Below, piece by piece: positions 44,407 to 57,010 of a stretch of 64,000 nt of DNA. A program made the translations under genes and the position numbers. This DNA comes from Alphaproteobacteria bacterium (GTDB lineage: Bacteria > Pseudomonadota > Alphaproteobacteria > Paracaedibacterales > VGCI01), in the NCBI GenBank assembly GCA_016869075.1, contig VGEY01000002.1:2376-66375 (forward strand). Direction: 5' to 3'. The first letter of the stretch is position 1, and each line of letters begins with the position of its first letter. A model generated the notes under the pieces. It saw only the letters and a program-made list of their open reading frames with translations, made no database searches and was not told where the DNA came from.

Positions 44407-45636
44407 TTAAAAATCCTCTTTTAAAGTTGCATTATGAACAGTCAGGAACTGTGCCTGATCATTCAAATTTTGAAACATAGATTTATCGGTTCCAGTCATC
44501 CATACTTGGATATGTCCCTTCCTAGAATCTTCAGACATAGGCCCTCTCACAGGTTTGCAAATTTCCTGAAATAAGACCTGACGATGCTGATCATCCAAGT
44601 GCGCTGCAACATCATCCAATAACAAAATAGCAGGACAAGAACTGTATTCTCTTTGAACTTTAGTAAAAGCCAAAGTTAAAGCCAACAAAAGCATTTTCTG
44701 CTCTCCCGTGGAGCATACCTCTGCTGGAAGCTGTTTGGCAAGATGGTGGACACAAAAATCGCTCCGATGCGGGCCAACAAAGGCCCCTCCTGTTTCAGCA
44801 TCTTGCGCCCTCACCATACAGAGCTTTTCCGCATAAATGTCTTCCGCAGCCAGGGCAGGATGATTTTCCAACCACTTTTCAACTTCCCCCTTCATTTCAG
44901 CCTGAAATTGAGGAAAAGGATAGTCCTTTTCTGTGTGCTGCGCATTCTCTAAATATTCAGCAAGCTCTTGACGTGCAACTGTAATAGCAACTCCGTCTTC
45001 TGCTAGCTTGCGTTCTAAGGTTGAGACCCACGCTGGATCATACCGGCCTTCTCTTAAAAGATGCGCACGTTCTTTCATATGATGGTCATACCTGTGGAGA
45101 CGCTCAGCATGCAGTGGGTCTATCGCATAGACAAGACGATCAATGAATTTTCTGCGCCCTGAAGATCCTTCCAAAAAAAGCTGATCCATTTGGGGTGTAA
45201 CCCAGGTAATACTTATCCAATTAGTAAGTAAAGCCTGACTTTTTGCAACTTGCCCATTAATTTTGACCAACCGCCGTTCACTTCCTGTCGCTGTGTAATC
45301 AAGACGTGTCCCTAATTCAATTAAATCATTTTCCCTCTCTATCGTTGCCGCAATTGCCCACGAAGGAGGAACAGGAACTTTTTGATTTAATATTTTTAGG
45401 TTTGTCACTTGCGATAATTTAATACTTCTCAACCCTCTTCCCGGAGAAAGAAAAGAAATAGCTTCTAATATATTTGTTTTTCCAGCTCCATTGGCTCCAG
45501 TGAGAACAATACAATCCCTTTGAAGCGATACATCAAGGCTTTGGTAATTACGAAATTGATGCAATACCAACCGAGACAGCCCATTTAAAGGGTAAGGAAA
45601 AGGCTGATAAGACTCTTTACTATTAACCTTTTGCAC
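44407..45636 (-). CDS. recF: DNA replication and repair protein RecF
   Basis: FRNY, GANGAGKTN, GPHRSD, STGEQK and LLLDDV. Confidence 0.98.
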   Translation of the reverse strand: MQKVNSKESYQPFPYPLNGLSRLVLHQFRNYQSLDVSLQRDCIVLTGANGAGKTNILEAISFLSPGRGLRSIKLSQVTNLKILNQKVPVPPSWAIAATIERENDLIELGTRLDYTATGSERRLVKINGQVAKSQALLTNWISITWVTPQMDQLFLEGSSGRRKFIDRLVYAIDPLHAERLHRYDHHMKERAHLLREGRYDPAWVSTLERKLAEDGVAITVARQELAEYLENAQHTEKDYPFPQFQAEMKGEVEKWLENHPALAAEDIYAEKLCMVRAQDAETGGAFVGPHRSDFCVHHLAKQLPAEVCSTGEQKMLLLALTLAFTKVQREYSSCPAILLLDDVAAHLDDQHRQVLFQEICKPVRGPMSEDSRKGHIQVWMTGTDKSMFQNLNDQAQFLTVHNATLKEDF

Positions 45637-45686
45637 TTAATCTTAATCCTAACTCTTTTATAGTTCAGAAACTTTAAATAAATCGA

Positions 45687-46808
45687 TTAAACACGCATAG
45701 GCATAAGGATATAAGTTGCTTCTTGATCTTTCATCCCCTTAATAATTGCAGGGGCATCCCCATTGGCAAGTACAACTTGGGCTTCATCTTCATCTATTTG
45801 TTGCGCAATATCCAATAAATAACGCGCATTGAATCCAATCTCAATGGGTGTATTATGAGGAAAATCTATAGGCATTTCTTCCACGGCATTTCCCAGATCA
45901 TGGCTTACGGCAGATAATGTTAACATGTTATTGTTTAGATTAACTTTTATGGCTCGAACCTTATCATTTGAAACAGTAGCTACGCGATCAACTGCAGCAG
46001 CAAAAGACTTTGCATCAACAATTGCAAGCTTATCATTCCCAATAGGGATAGCTTTCTCATATTCAGGATAAGTTGCATCAATTAACCGAGAGCTTAAAAC
46101 GGCATTTTCAAATGAAAATTCAATACGCGTTGGTGATAACGCAATGGAAACCTGCGTAGTTGTATCATCCACAAGTTTGCGAACTTCAGTTACGGTTTTG
46201 CGTCCAATAATAATTCCAGGCATCCCTTCTGCTCCAGGAGGCAAAGGGACCTCAATATAAGCGAGACGATGAGCATCCGTTGCGACTGATCTTAAAATTT
46301 TTTGCCCTTCACGCTCTAGTGTATGGAGATATATACCATTTAAATAATACCGTGTTTCTTCTGTCGACATGGCAAACTTTGCACGATCAAGTAGCTTCTT
46401 AAATATTGCAACAGGCAAAGAGAATCGATAAGGGAGCTCACCTTGCGTAAGTTGAGGAAAATCTTCAGAGGGAAGGCATGACAGATTAAAACGCGATCTG
46501 CCTTCTTTTATGTTTAACTGCCCAGTCTCAGACATAAGGGTTAATTCGATAGTTGAAGCTTCAGGCATTTTTCGAATAATTTCAAAAAGCATTTGAGCAG
46601 AAACAGTTGTCGTACCGGGTTCTAAGACGATTGCTGGAACTGTTTCAATAAGGGCTATATCAGTATCAGTGGTAATAAGTGATAACCCTTGAGGAGTCGC
46701 GCTGATAAGGATGTTACTTAAAATGGGAACGGTTGTTCTGCGTTCAACCACACTTTGACCATGGGATAAGGCCTTTAAAAAAGCAGACCTATCTACTGTA
46801 AATTTCAT
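45687..46808 (-). CDS. dnaN: DNA polymerase III beta sliding clamp
   Basis: ETRYYLNG, ATDAHRLA, GFNARYL and C-terminal MPMRV; ATG at 46808. Confidence 0.99.
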   Translation of the reverse strand: MKFTVDRSAFLKALSHGQSVVERRTTVPILSNILISATPQGLSLITTDTDIALIETVPAIVLEPGTTTVSAQMLFEIIRKMPEASTIELTLMSETGQLNIKEGRSRFNLSCLPSEDFPQLTQGELPYRFSLPVAIFKKLLDRAKFAMSTEETRYYLNGIYLHTLEREGQKILRSVATDAHRLAYIEVPLPPGAEGMPGIIIGRKTVTEVRKLVDDTTTQVSIALSPTRIEFSFENAVLSSRLIDATYPEYEKAIPIGNDKLAIVDAKSFAAAVDRVATVSNDKVRAIKVNLNNNMLTLSAVSHDLGNAVEEMPIDFPHNTPIEIGFNARYLLDIAQQIDEDEAQVVLANGDAPAIIKGMKDQEATYILMPMRV

Positions 46809-46812
46809 AACT

Positions 46813-48234
46813 TCATACCTCCAATGTTCGACGTAAAATATCGATATCTTCTGAAAATTCTCGATCCTGGTTTTTAACTTCATCAACTTTACGAACAGCA
46901 TGCAGTACAGTTGTATGGTCACGGCCCCCGAATTTCCGACCAATTTCAGGCAATGACCTTGATGTTAATGTTTTGGCAAGATACATCGCAACTTGGCGTG
47001 GCCTTGCTACATTTTGAGAGCGTCTAGCAGACTGCATATCAGAAATTTTTATCCCATAATATTCTGCCACGCGTTTTTGAATGTCTTCAATGGTAACACG
47101 TCTATCATTTGCTTTTAAAAGATCTCTGAGAACCTCATGCGTTGTCTCAAGACTAATTTCACGCCCAACCAATGTAGCATGTGCGATAATTCGGTTAAGC
47201 GCTCCTTCTAATTCGCGGATATTTGAGACAATCTTGCAGGCCAAGAATTCCATAACTTCTTTTGGAATAGCAATATTCAAAGTATCAGCCTTAGCATGTA
47301 AAATACCCAACCGCAATTCATAAGTTGTTGGGTGGAGATCAGCAACAAGTCCCCATCCTAAACGGGATTTTAAACGTTCCTCCATTCCCTCAAGGTCTGA
47401 TGGAGATTTATCTGCAGAAATAATGACTTGATGATTTTGGTCTACCAGAGCATTAAATGTATGAAAAAATTCTTCTTGCGTCGTATCTTTCCCGCCAATG
47501 AATTGAACATCGTCAATCATTAAAACATTCACTGAACGAAATTGCTCTTTAAATGCAACCGTATCCTTATATCTGAGGGCACGAATAAACTGATACATAA
47601 ATTTTTCTGCAGATAAATACATAACGCGACGTTTAGGATGACATGCTTTAATATGCCAAGCAATGGCGTGCATGAGGTGTGTTTTTCCCAACCCCACTCC
47701 CCCATACAAAAAGAGGGGGTTAAATTGGGCTGTCTGTGACTCTGCAACCCGCAAAGCTGCGGCGTAAGCAAGTTCATTGGGCTTCCCAACTACAAAATTA
47801 TCAAATGTAAAGCGCGTATCAAGAGGTGCGCTTATAACATTGCGATCTGCTCCTATAGAGTCTTCATCAGATGCTCCATGAGCAGACGTGCGAGAACCTG
47901 TGACATGAGATGAAGTTAACTCAGGCGCTTTCAAAACTTTTGAACTCAATTTAACAATAATTTCTATCTTGGTAACTGCGGGATTTAATTTTTGCCATAA
48001 ATGACGAATGCGCTCAACATAATGGGAAACAACCCAATCTCTCATAAAACGCGTTGGAGCTCCGATATGCACTGTCCCTTCAACAACCTCCTCAATAGAG
48101 AGGGGCTTAAGCCAACTTTTAAAGATTGCTTCACCAAACTCTTCTTGCAATTGATGACAAACTTGGTCCCACTCCACCATAAACAGGGGAACCTGAGTCT
48201 GATTCGAAGATTTTGTTAGTGCCAGCGCTGTCAC
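46813..48234 (-). CDS. dnaA: chromosomal replication initiator DnaA
   Basis: FNPLFLYGGVGLGKTHL, TQEEFFHTFN and GGRDHTTVLHA; GTG start. Confidence 0.99.
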   Translation of the reverse strand: MTALALTKSSNQTQVPLFMVEWDQVCHQLQEEFGEAIFKSWLKPLSIEEVVEGTVHIGAPTRFMRDWVVSHYVERIRHLWQKLNPAVTKIEIIVKLSSKVLKAPELTSSHVTGSRTSAHGASDEDSIGADRNVISAPLDTRFTFDNFVVGKPNELAYAAALRVAESQTAQFNPLFLYGGVGLGKTHLMHAIAWHIKACHPKRRVMYLSAEKFMYQFIRALRYKDTVAFKEQFRSVNVLMIDDVQFIGGKDTTQEEFFHTFNALVDQNHQVIISADKSPSDLEGMEERLKSRLGWGLVADLHPTTYELRLGILHAKADTLNIAIPKEVMEFLACKIVSNIRELEGALNRIIAHATLVGREISLETTHEVLRDLLKANDRRVTIEDIQKRVAEYYGIKISDMQSARRSQNVARPRQVAMYLAKTLTSRSLPEIGRKFGGRDHTTVLHAVRKVDEVKNQDREFSEDIDILRRTLEV

Positions 48235-48622
48235 AAAGATACCCTCACCCTAAATGAAAAACTAATTCTTCAAGGAAGCTCATAATACAAGGAGAAAACA
48301 TTCCTAATAGCCTACCCTCTATTTTTACATGAACTATTTGCAGAAACCAACGACAAAAGCGAATTTTGTTCGCTTTTTTAAAAAAACGGGCACAAACAGA
48401 GTCTTAAGAAAAAAATGTGTATCCTTCAAGCGAATATTTCGAAAGAAACACTAAAATGGCGACTCTTTGACACAAAGCCTACCGAAATTTTATTGTTTTT
48501 CAATGTCATTAATCGAATTTTCGTGAAAGCACACAGACCCTAGACATTTTTAGTAAAATCTGGGACAACAGGAGATAAGGTTGTGAGATTCTATCTCTCT
48601 CTAAAGTTAGGGTTAAAAACTT

Positions 48623-49534
48623 ATGCCATCCACTGTGGTCCGATATCAGTCTTTTATTAATCTTATTGTAAGTATAATGATGTGCACCTTTACCCCTGTA
48701 AAAGCTGAAGTTTTAAAGGATATGCCCTCAGCATCTTCACAGGGTAATGGCTCAAAATCTAAAAAAGATATGAAAAAGGATCAAGAGGGGGATTCTGGCA
48801 AAAAAGACATTGGCGAATCCTCTGATATACCAGAAAATGAGACGTTCGTAGATGAAGAGGCGAATGATCCGCTGGAGCCTCTTAACCGATTAGTCTTCGC
48901 TGTAAATGAAATTCTTGATTATACAATTATTCGGCCTGCTGCTGAGATCTACCGAGCAATTTTACCCGAACCCGTCCGCAATGGCGTAACCAATGTCCTT
49001 GATAATTTATACTCCCCTATTGTTTTTCTAAACAATATTCTTCAAGGAGAACCCGAGCAAGCATCCGTAACGGTCTTTCGTTTTTTACTTAATTCAAGCT
49101 TTGGGATTGGGGGACTTGTAGATGTGGCCTCTGATATGGGATATCCACGCTATGATACTGATTTCAACCATACCTTAACAGCCTGGGGCGTTGATACGGG
49201 ACCCTATATTGTTCTGCCTTTGATCGGGTCTTCGTCCATCCGTGGAACTGTTGGTATTGTTGGTGATTATTATTCTGACCCTCTCAATCTATATCTCAAC
49301 AATAGAGCGCATCGCAAATATCGTTATTGGTTGACCGTTCGTTACGGAGCCTATATGATCAGTCAACGTGAAAAGCATATCGAGATTCTTGACAACTTAA
49401 GAGAAAGCTCCCCAGATATGTATGTAACGTTAAGGAGTATTTACTTCCAACGGCAAGCTTATATGGCTGAGCAATTAAAAACTAATAAGCCTCGGGAAAG
49501 TACTCAAAAAGAAGATAAAGAAAAGAAATCATAA
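48623..49534 (+). CDS. mlaA: MlaA/VacJ family lipid asymmetry protein
   Basis: DPLEPLNR, RFLLNSSFGIGGL.DVA, GPYIVLP and DMY...R..Y.Q motifs. Confidence 0.93.
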   Translation: MPSTVVRYQSFINLIVSIMMCTFTPVKAEVLKDMPSASSQGNGSKSKKDMKKDQEGDSGKKDIGESSDIPENETFVDEEANDPLEPLNRLVFAVNEILDYTIIRPAAEIYRAILPEPVRNGVTNVLDNLYSPIVFLNNILQGEPEQASVTVFRFLLNSSFGIGGLVDVASDMGYPRYDTDFNHTLTAWGVDTGPYIVLPLIGSSSIRGTVGIVGDYYSDPLNLYLNNRAHRKYRYWLTVRYGAYMISQREKHIEILDNLRESSPDMYVTLRSIYFQRQAYMAEQLKTNKPRESTQKEDKEKKS

Positions 49535-49601
49535 CTGTTTGTTAATCTCTTTTTCGTACTCTTAAAATCAAGGAGTAACGTAGATAGAGAACGAGTAAAT
49601 A

Positions 49602-50210
49602 ATGCTAAAAAAATTTTTTTATTCTATTGCAATTGTCCTCTTTTGCGGCCAACTTGCGGCCTCTAAGGGCACAGATGAAGCAAAGCAATTTATTGAGGAT
49701 TTGGGACGTCGGGCTATCGAGTCATTAACAAAGCCTGGGATTTCTCAAAGTGAGTTACGTTCTCGATTCCGTTCTCTTTTAGAAGAAGGCTTTAATGTAC
49801 CTGCAATTGCACGGTTCGTTATGGGCCGTTATTGGAGAACAATGGAGGATAGCCAAAAAGAAACCTTTATTCCTTTGTTTGAGGATCGTCTTGTTACATC
49901 CTATGCCAATCGTTTCCAAGAATATCAAGGTGTAAGCTTTGAAGTTTCAGGCGCATACTTTCAAGGGGAGACTATTATTGTTAAAAGTACCATTCAAAAG
50001 CCTGGAGGGCCTCGCACAGCTGTTGATTGGAGGGTTTTCAAAAATAAAATTCATGATGTGAGAGTTGAAGGTGTCAGTATGAGCGTGACTATTCGCGATG
50101 AATATAATAGCTTAGTTGCTTCTAAGAATGGAAATATTGACGCATTTTTAGCTTCCCTGGGATCTGGTAAAATTTCCAAAAGTATGAGGGTTCAGGATTC
50201 TGAAGAATAA
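49602..50210 (+). CDS. mlaC: MlaC/Ttg2D family phospholipid-binding protein
   Basis: Signal peptide, IARFVMGRYWR, VDWRV and DVRVEGVSM....R.E. Confidence 0.93.
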   Translation: MLKKFFYSIAIVLFCGQLAASKGTDEAKQFIEDLGRRAIESLTKPGISQSELRSRFRSLLEEGFNVPAIARFVMGRYWRTMEDSQKETFIPLFEDRLVTSYANRFQEYQGVSFEVSGAYFQGETIIVKSTIQKPGGPRTAVDWRVFKNKIHDVRVEGVSMSVTIRDEYNSLVASKNGNIDAFLASLGSGKISKSMRVQDSEE

Positions 50211-50403
50211 AATACTCAGAGGTATTATTTCCTGAGCAACCCTGTATTAGAAAAAGATGATGCATAATCACCGCCTTTTCCCCCTTTCCGTTAAATTTTT
50301 AAAATAATATAGTAGAAATTTACCTCAAGAAGCGCCAATATAATCAGCAGAGCAATAAGATGGTGATATGTGATTAACACATTAATGTGGTTTGGCGCGT
50401 ACT

Positions 50404-50970
50404 ATGGAAACAGCCTTAACATCAGGAATTTTAACTTCACTTGCTGGGCGATATGCGAAAGCTCTTTTTGATCTAGCCCGAGAGAAAAAAGAAGTTGAAA
50501 GTATTGGGTCTTATTTAAAGGTCCTGCAGAAGCTTCTTCATGACTCAAAAGATTTAAAACAGGCACTGATGAATCCAACTTTAAAACGGCAAGAACAAGC
50601 TAATGCACTGCAAGAAATTTGTGTAAAAATTGCAGCCCCAGAGACCTTGCAAACTTTTACGTGCCAATTAATTAAGGCCCAGCGCATTTCTTATCTACCC
50701 AAAATCATAGAAATTTATGATAATTTAGTTTTACAAATGAACGGTGAATTGAGGGTGGAAGTTATTTCTGCTCACCCCCTAACACCTTCGCAAGGTCAAG
50801 TTTTGAAGATGGTATTAAAGAAATCTTTTCCCGGAACTCTGAATCTCATTTTTATGAAAGATCCTCGTGTTTTGGGTGGAATTATGGTCCGCATGGGATC
50901 GCGTGTCATTGATGCTACACTTGTCACCCAACTTGATAAACTTGCTACTGCAATGAAAGGAAGCGCTTAA
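50404..50970 (+). CDS. atpH: F1 ATP synthase subunit delta
   Basis: AGRYAKALF and DPRVLGG.....GS..ID. Confidence 0.97.
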   Translation: METALTSGILTSLAGRYAKALFDLAREKKEVESIGSYLKVLQKLLHDSKDLKQALMNPTLKRQEQANALQEICVKIAAPETLQTFTCQLIKAQRISYLPKIIEIYDNLVLQMNGELRVEVISAHPLTPSQGQVLKMVLKKSFPGTLNLIFMKDPRVLGGIMVRMGSRVIDATLVTQLDKLATAMKGSA

Positions 50971-52502
50971 TGGAACTAAAAGCTGCAGAAATTTCTGCAA
51001 TTTTAAAAAAACAAATTAGTGATTTTGACCCCAAAGCTGACATGGCAGAGAGCGGAACAGTTATAGCGATTGGAGATGGTATTGCGCGCGTTCATGGTCT
51101 CGACAACATTCAGGCTGGAGAGTTGGTAACTTTTCCAAATGATGTGAAGGGAATGGCTCTTAATTTAGGAACCGACAATGTTGGTATCGTCATCTTTGGA
51201 AATGATCGAGACATTAAAGAAGGGGATCAAGTAAAGCGCACACAAAAAATTGTGGAAGTACCTGTGGGACGAAGTCTTTTAGGACGCGTTGTTGACGGAT
51301 TGGGGAACACTATTGATGGGAAAGGGCCCTTAAAAGGCGTGAAACCCTCCCAAGTAGAAGTTAAAGCGCCGGGTATCATTATGCGCAAATCTGTTTTTGA
51401 ACCCATGCAAACAGGGATTAAAGCTATCGATACATTAGTACCTATTGGGCGCGGCCAACGTGAATTAATCATCGGTGACCGTCAAACAGGAAAGACCACC
51501 ATTGCACTAGATACCATCCTTAATCAAAAGGAAATTAATAAGGGTAAAGATGAGTCACAAAAATTGTATTGTATCTATGTAGCAATTGGACAAAAGCGTT
51601 CTTCAGTTGCTCGTATTGTCAAAACACTGGAAGAAACAGGCGCTCTTGACTACACCATTGTCGTCTCCGCAACGGCTTCTGACCCGGCCCCTATGCAATA
51701 TCTTGCACCCTATACGGGATGCACCATGGGAGAATATTTCCGAGATAATGGTATGCATGCTCTTATTATTTATGATGACTTATCAAAGCATGCGGTCGCT
51801 TATCGGCAAATGTCTCTCCTTTTACGCCGTCCCCCCGGTCGTGAAGCTTATCCGGGAGATGTTTTTTATCTTCATTCTCGGTTGTTGGAACGTGCTGCAA
51901 AACTTGACACTCCTTTTGGAGGAGGGTCTTTGACAGCCCTTCCTATTATTGAAACGCAGGCCGGAGATGTTTCTGCCTATATTCCAACCAATGTTATTTC
52001 CATTACGGATGGTCAAATTTTCCTAGAAACTGAATTGTTTTACAAAGGAATTCGACCTGCCATTAATGTGGGACTATCTGTCAGTCGTGTAGGATCTGCC
52101 GCACAGAAAAAAGCCACAAAGCAAGTGGCTGGTCAAATTAAATTGGAATTAGCCCAATATCGCGAAATGGCAGCGTTTTCTCAATTTAGTGCTGATTTAG
52201 ATCCTTCCACACAAAGACTGCTTCATCGCGGTGAGCGGCTTACAGAATTATTGAAGCAACCACAATATAGCCCTATGAGCATGGAAGAACAGGTTATATC
52301 TCTTTTTGCAGGTGTAAAAGGTTTCCTTGATTCTATTCAAGTAAAAGATATCTTGGAATTTGAACAAGAATATTTAGAAGTTTTGCGCCTGAAACAACCA
52401 GAAATTTTTGAGGGTATACGAAAGACAGGCACCTTAAGTGAAGAAGCTGAAAAGAAGCTGTCTAAATTTTTGACAAGTTTCTGTACATCTTTTTCAGCTT
52501 AA
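50970..52502 (+). CDS. atpA: F1 ATP synthase subunit alpha
   Basis: GDRQTGKT and [23 protein letters not shown]. Confidence 0.99.
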   Translation: MELKAAEISAILKKQISDFDPKADMAESGTVIAIGDGIARVHGLDNIQAGELVTFPNDVKGMALNLGTDNVGIVIFGNDRDIKEGDQVKRTQKIVEVPVGRSLLGRVVDGLGNTIDGKGPLKGVKPSQVEVKAPGIIMRKSVFEPMQTGIKAIDTLVPIGRGQRELIIGDRQTGKTTIALDTILNQKEINKGKDESQKLYCIYVAIGQKRSSVARIVKTLEETGALDYTIVVSATASDPAPMQYLAPYTGCTMGEYFRDNGMHALIIYDDLSKHAVAYRQMSLLLRRPPGREAYPGDVFYLHSRLLERAAKLDTPFGGGSLTALPIIETQAGDVSAYIPTNVISITDGQIFLETELFYKGIRPAINVGLSVSRVGSAAQKKATKQVAGQIKLELAQYREMAAFSQFSADLDPSTQRLLHRGERLTELLKQPQYSPMSMEEQVISLFAGVKGFLDSIQVKDILEFEQEYLEVLRLKQPEIFEGIRKTGTLSEEAEKKLSKFLTSFCTSFSA

Positions 52503-52524
52503 CTAAGGCGTTTATGAGGATCTG

Positions 52525-53448
52525 ATGACCGGTTTAAAAAGTCTTAGAACAAGAATCCGGAGTGTGAAGTCCACACAAAAAATTACCTCTGCCATGAAAA
52601 TGGTAGCAGCAGCTAGACTGCGTCGTTCACAAGAGCAGGTTGAAGCTGTACGCCCTTATGAGAGTGCTATGCATAGTATGGTCAGTCATCTTTTAAAAAA
52701 GAGCAGGCAAGACCTTGCAAAAGAACCTCAACTTTTAACTGGCAGACCAGATTTACCTGTACATCTGCTTATTGTTGTTACAACTGATAGAGGCTTATGT
52801 GGCGGATTTAATGGAGCTGTAATTCGCGAAGCAAAGTCTGTTATTCGCACGCTCCAGGATCAAGGGAAAGAAGTTAAAATATTTTGTCTTGGTAGAAAGG
52901 GGCGTGACCTTTTACGGCAAGATCATGGAAACCTTATTATTGAAACAATCCTCCATGGACATAAAACAGGAGGCGGAAAAACAACAGAAAATTTTGAAGA
53001 TGCATTGGAATTTTCATTACGCCTTCAAGCCATGCTCGAGAATAAACAATTTGGTGAAGCTTCTATTTTATTTACTGTGTTTCATTCAGCGTTACGCCAA
53101 ACCATTGCCCATCACTCACTCATACCATTTCGGGCAAATTTAGAAAAAGAAATGGGCGCGTCTTTTTCACCCAAAGATGAAACTGGCAAATATGCTCTTT
53201 ATGAATATGAACCGAATGTAGATTCATTGTTGGAACATTTGCTCCCACGCTACTTAGCCATTGAAATTTATCGTGTCTTTTTAGAAAACAACGCCAGTGA
53301 GCAAGGTGCCCGCATGACAGCAATGGATAATGCAACACGCAATGCGCAGGAAATGATTCAAAAGCTTGCACGCTCGTATCATCAGACACGTCAAGCGTAT
53401 ATCACCAAGGAACTGATAGAAATTATTTCTGCAGCTGAAGCAGTTTAA
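52525..53448 (+). CDS. atpG: F1 ATP synthase subunit gamma
   Basis: KITSAMKMVAA, DRGLCG and ARMTAMDNA. Confidence 0.99.
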   Translation: MTGLKSLRTRIRSVKSTQKITSAMKMVAAARLRRSQEQVEAVRPYESAMHSMVSHLLKKSRQDLAKEPQLLTGRPDLPVHLLIVVTTDRGLCGGFNGAVIREAKSVIRTLQDQGKEVKIFCLGRKGRDLLRQDHGNLIIETILHGHKTGGGKTTENFEDALEFSLRLQAMLENKQFGEASILFTVFHSALRQTIAHHSLIPFRANLEKEMGASFSPKDETGKYALYEYEPNVDSLLEHLLPRYLAIEIYRVFLENNASEQGARMTAMDNATRNAQEMIQKLARSYHQTRQAYITKELIEIISAAEAV

Positions 53449-53463
53449 TGAATGAGGAAATGA

Positions 53464-54947
<1,484 letters not shown>

Positions 54948-54948
<1 letters not shown>

Positions 54949-55199
54949 TGCATCTGACTCTCATTTCCCCTGAAAAAATTGTCTTCTCAGGAGCTGTTGA
55001 AATGGCTGTCATTCCAGGAGCAAAGGGAGAATTTGGCGTCCTTGAAAATCATATCCCCTTCATGACAATGCTCAGCCAAGGAGCCGTTCGCCTTTATGAT
55101 GGGAATACTCTCAAGCAGGATTTCACGATATCAGGGGGCTTTTGTGAAGTCACTCCTGATGGGTGTGTTATTGTCGCGGATACGGTTGAGAAAACCTAA
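54948..55199 (+). CDS. atpC: F1 ATP synthase subunit epsilon (N-terminal domain only, 83 aa)
   Basis: ISPE, PG..GEFGVL..H.P and ISGGF.EV motifs; last gene of the F1 operon. Confidence 0.95.
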
Positions 55200-55213
55200 T
55201 GTTAGGTTTTTAA

Positions 55214-56296
55214 ATGTTACGCATATTATTGTTTTTCATTATTTATTTTCCTTCTCTTTTCCTACCTAATTCATTGGCTATGGATAAAAAGGTAATCCTT
55301 AATACTTATCTAGCGGAGCATCTCAAAACTTAAAAAAGAAATGATCCACCAATTTTTAGATTTAAAGGCGGAAAACGAAAAATCTATATCATTGGTTCAA
55401 TTCATAATAGAGATCCACATTTATTATTGTCTGAGAAAGTTTTTTCCAAGCTTAAATTTATTTGTAAGGATGCGATTTTTTTCAAAGAACATGAATCTCC
55501 AGATGACTATCTCTCAACTAAAATACTAAGTGTTTTATCTCCGAGTCCCAGTTCCGATAAATGGCAGATAAGATTGCTTGACCCCTCGGATGCTTCCCAA
55601 GATGATTTAGCTATAAAGAAAATTCATCTTATTAAAAGATTGTTTGAAGTATGGAATGCAATGAAGGATCAAGAATTTTTAAATGAGGGATTTACATTAG
55701 GATTAAGCACCAGACTTGATTTTGTATATGGTGCATTTATCCCATATTTCTTTGGGGGTAAACGTTATATAGATGAAGTTACATGTGATTTTGAATTAAC
55801 ATTGATGAAATTGGGGGAGCAGGAGAATAAACCCTTATTTCTTGAGCCTCTTCCTGAATTATTTAGAATATTTGATAAACATCCAGGCGATTTAGACTCT
55901 TTTATACGACTTGGAATTGTCGCATACCGAGATGTTCTATTTTATAGGCAAAAATTAAATTCTTCTGATGATATAATGGAAGCCTGTGGAACTCTTTTAG
56001 CCGAATATCAAAATTCTATTCATCAATATTCCTATGCGAGTATTGAAACAAATGCTGACCGTGTTATTCCCTCAACTAAAGAACGAAATGTATTATGGGT
56101 TTCTGAACTAAAAACACGTTTATTACAACCAACTCTATTACAGCAGCCTCATGATGAAACCAATATCGTGATCTTGTGTGGTTTAGGACATTTAAGAGGT
56201 ATTTTTGAGCAGGACTCCGGAAGCTTTTTATCCTTACTTAAAAAGGAAGAGGCGCTGTTTTCTGAATTCGAGAGGATGAATCTTGAGGGAGGGTGA
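55214..56296 (+). pseudogene. TraB/GumN (TIKI-like) family secreted protein interrupted by an in-frame TAA
   Basis: ATG 55214 signal peptide, TAA at 55331-33, then in frame IYIIGSIH, FFKEHE, RN..WV and CGLGHL.G motifs. Confidence 0.75.
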
Positions 56297-56376
56297 AAAA
56301 AATGTAAGGAAACTTGTTATTTGTAAGCATTTAAGCTATTATTTCTTATTAAAAATCATTCTTGTAGGAGGCAACA

Positions 56377-56796
56377 ATGTTTCGATCACAAATTATAGGT
56401 GCCATGCTTCTCGCCTCTTTAGGTACACCAGTGTTATATGCATCAGATGATTTAAATACAGGTAATACGGAAAATCGCAAAAGCACGCACGAGCATCATC
56501 TTCCCCGCGGCAAGCAAACTGTGCTTTCTCCTGAGTTATCGAAAGGACCCGACTTAGAGAAAAAAAAAGAACTTGTGCACAAAGAAATTCAAAGGTTTAC
56601 AAGTTATTGCGATACAATAAAGGGAGCATCAAAGCATGCTCATTCTGCAAGTAACCCAGTTCTCCAGCGCTATGAGGATGTCATAGTTGCGTTAAATTCT
56701 TATCTTCAGCAAATTACGCCAGCAACCTCTGAAAAGGAAATTAAAGCTAAAATTTTTCAGATTGAAAAGGAAAACACTCCCGAAGATGCTGATTAA
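56377..56796 (+). CDS. hypothetical secreted protein
   Basis: AGGAGG RBS; signal peptide ending VLYA. Confidence 0.78.
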   Translation: MFRSQIIGAMLLASLGTPVLYASDDLNTGNTENRKSTHEHHLPRGKQTVLSPELSKGPDLEKKKELVHKEIQRFTSYCDTIKGASKHAHSASNPVLQRYEDVIVALNSYLQQITPATSEKEIKAKIFQIEKENTPEDAD

Positions 56797-56844
56797 TCGT
56801 CTTTTTTTAAAATGATTTTTTTCTCGTAGCACTCGTGACTTTGT

Positions 56845-56871
56845 CTGGTTTCCCGCTTTCGCGGTAATGAC
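56845..56871. repeat. RPE-4/dRS3-like palindromic repeat half
   Basis: CTGGTTTCCCGCTTTCGCGGTAATGAC closely resembles CTGGATTCCCGCTTTCGCGGGAATGAC. Confidence 0.7.
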
Positions 56872-56928
56872 TATAAATATTTTATCATTAAGAAATTCCA
56901 AAGGAACCTTGGTGATCCATGTATTTAT

Positions 56929-56964
56929 GGAATGCCACGCTCCCTACGGTCGCTCGTGATGACG
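56929..56964. repeat. RPE-like palindromic repeat half
   Basis: GGAATGCCACGCTCCCTACGGTCGCTCGTGATGACG resembles GATTGCCACGC...TCGCTCGCAATGACG repeats of Rickettsiales and other alphaproteobacteria. Confidence 0.7.
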
Positions 56965-57010
56965 ATCGGCACACCTTTTCTTCTCTTCTTTTCTTTCTTC
57001 TTTCGCTTTC

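Noticed and set aside
48235-48622. oriC upstream of dnaA
   Set aside because: No TTATCCACA-like DnaA boxes found by eye; alphaproteobacterial origins are often away from dnaA (e.g. near hemE).
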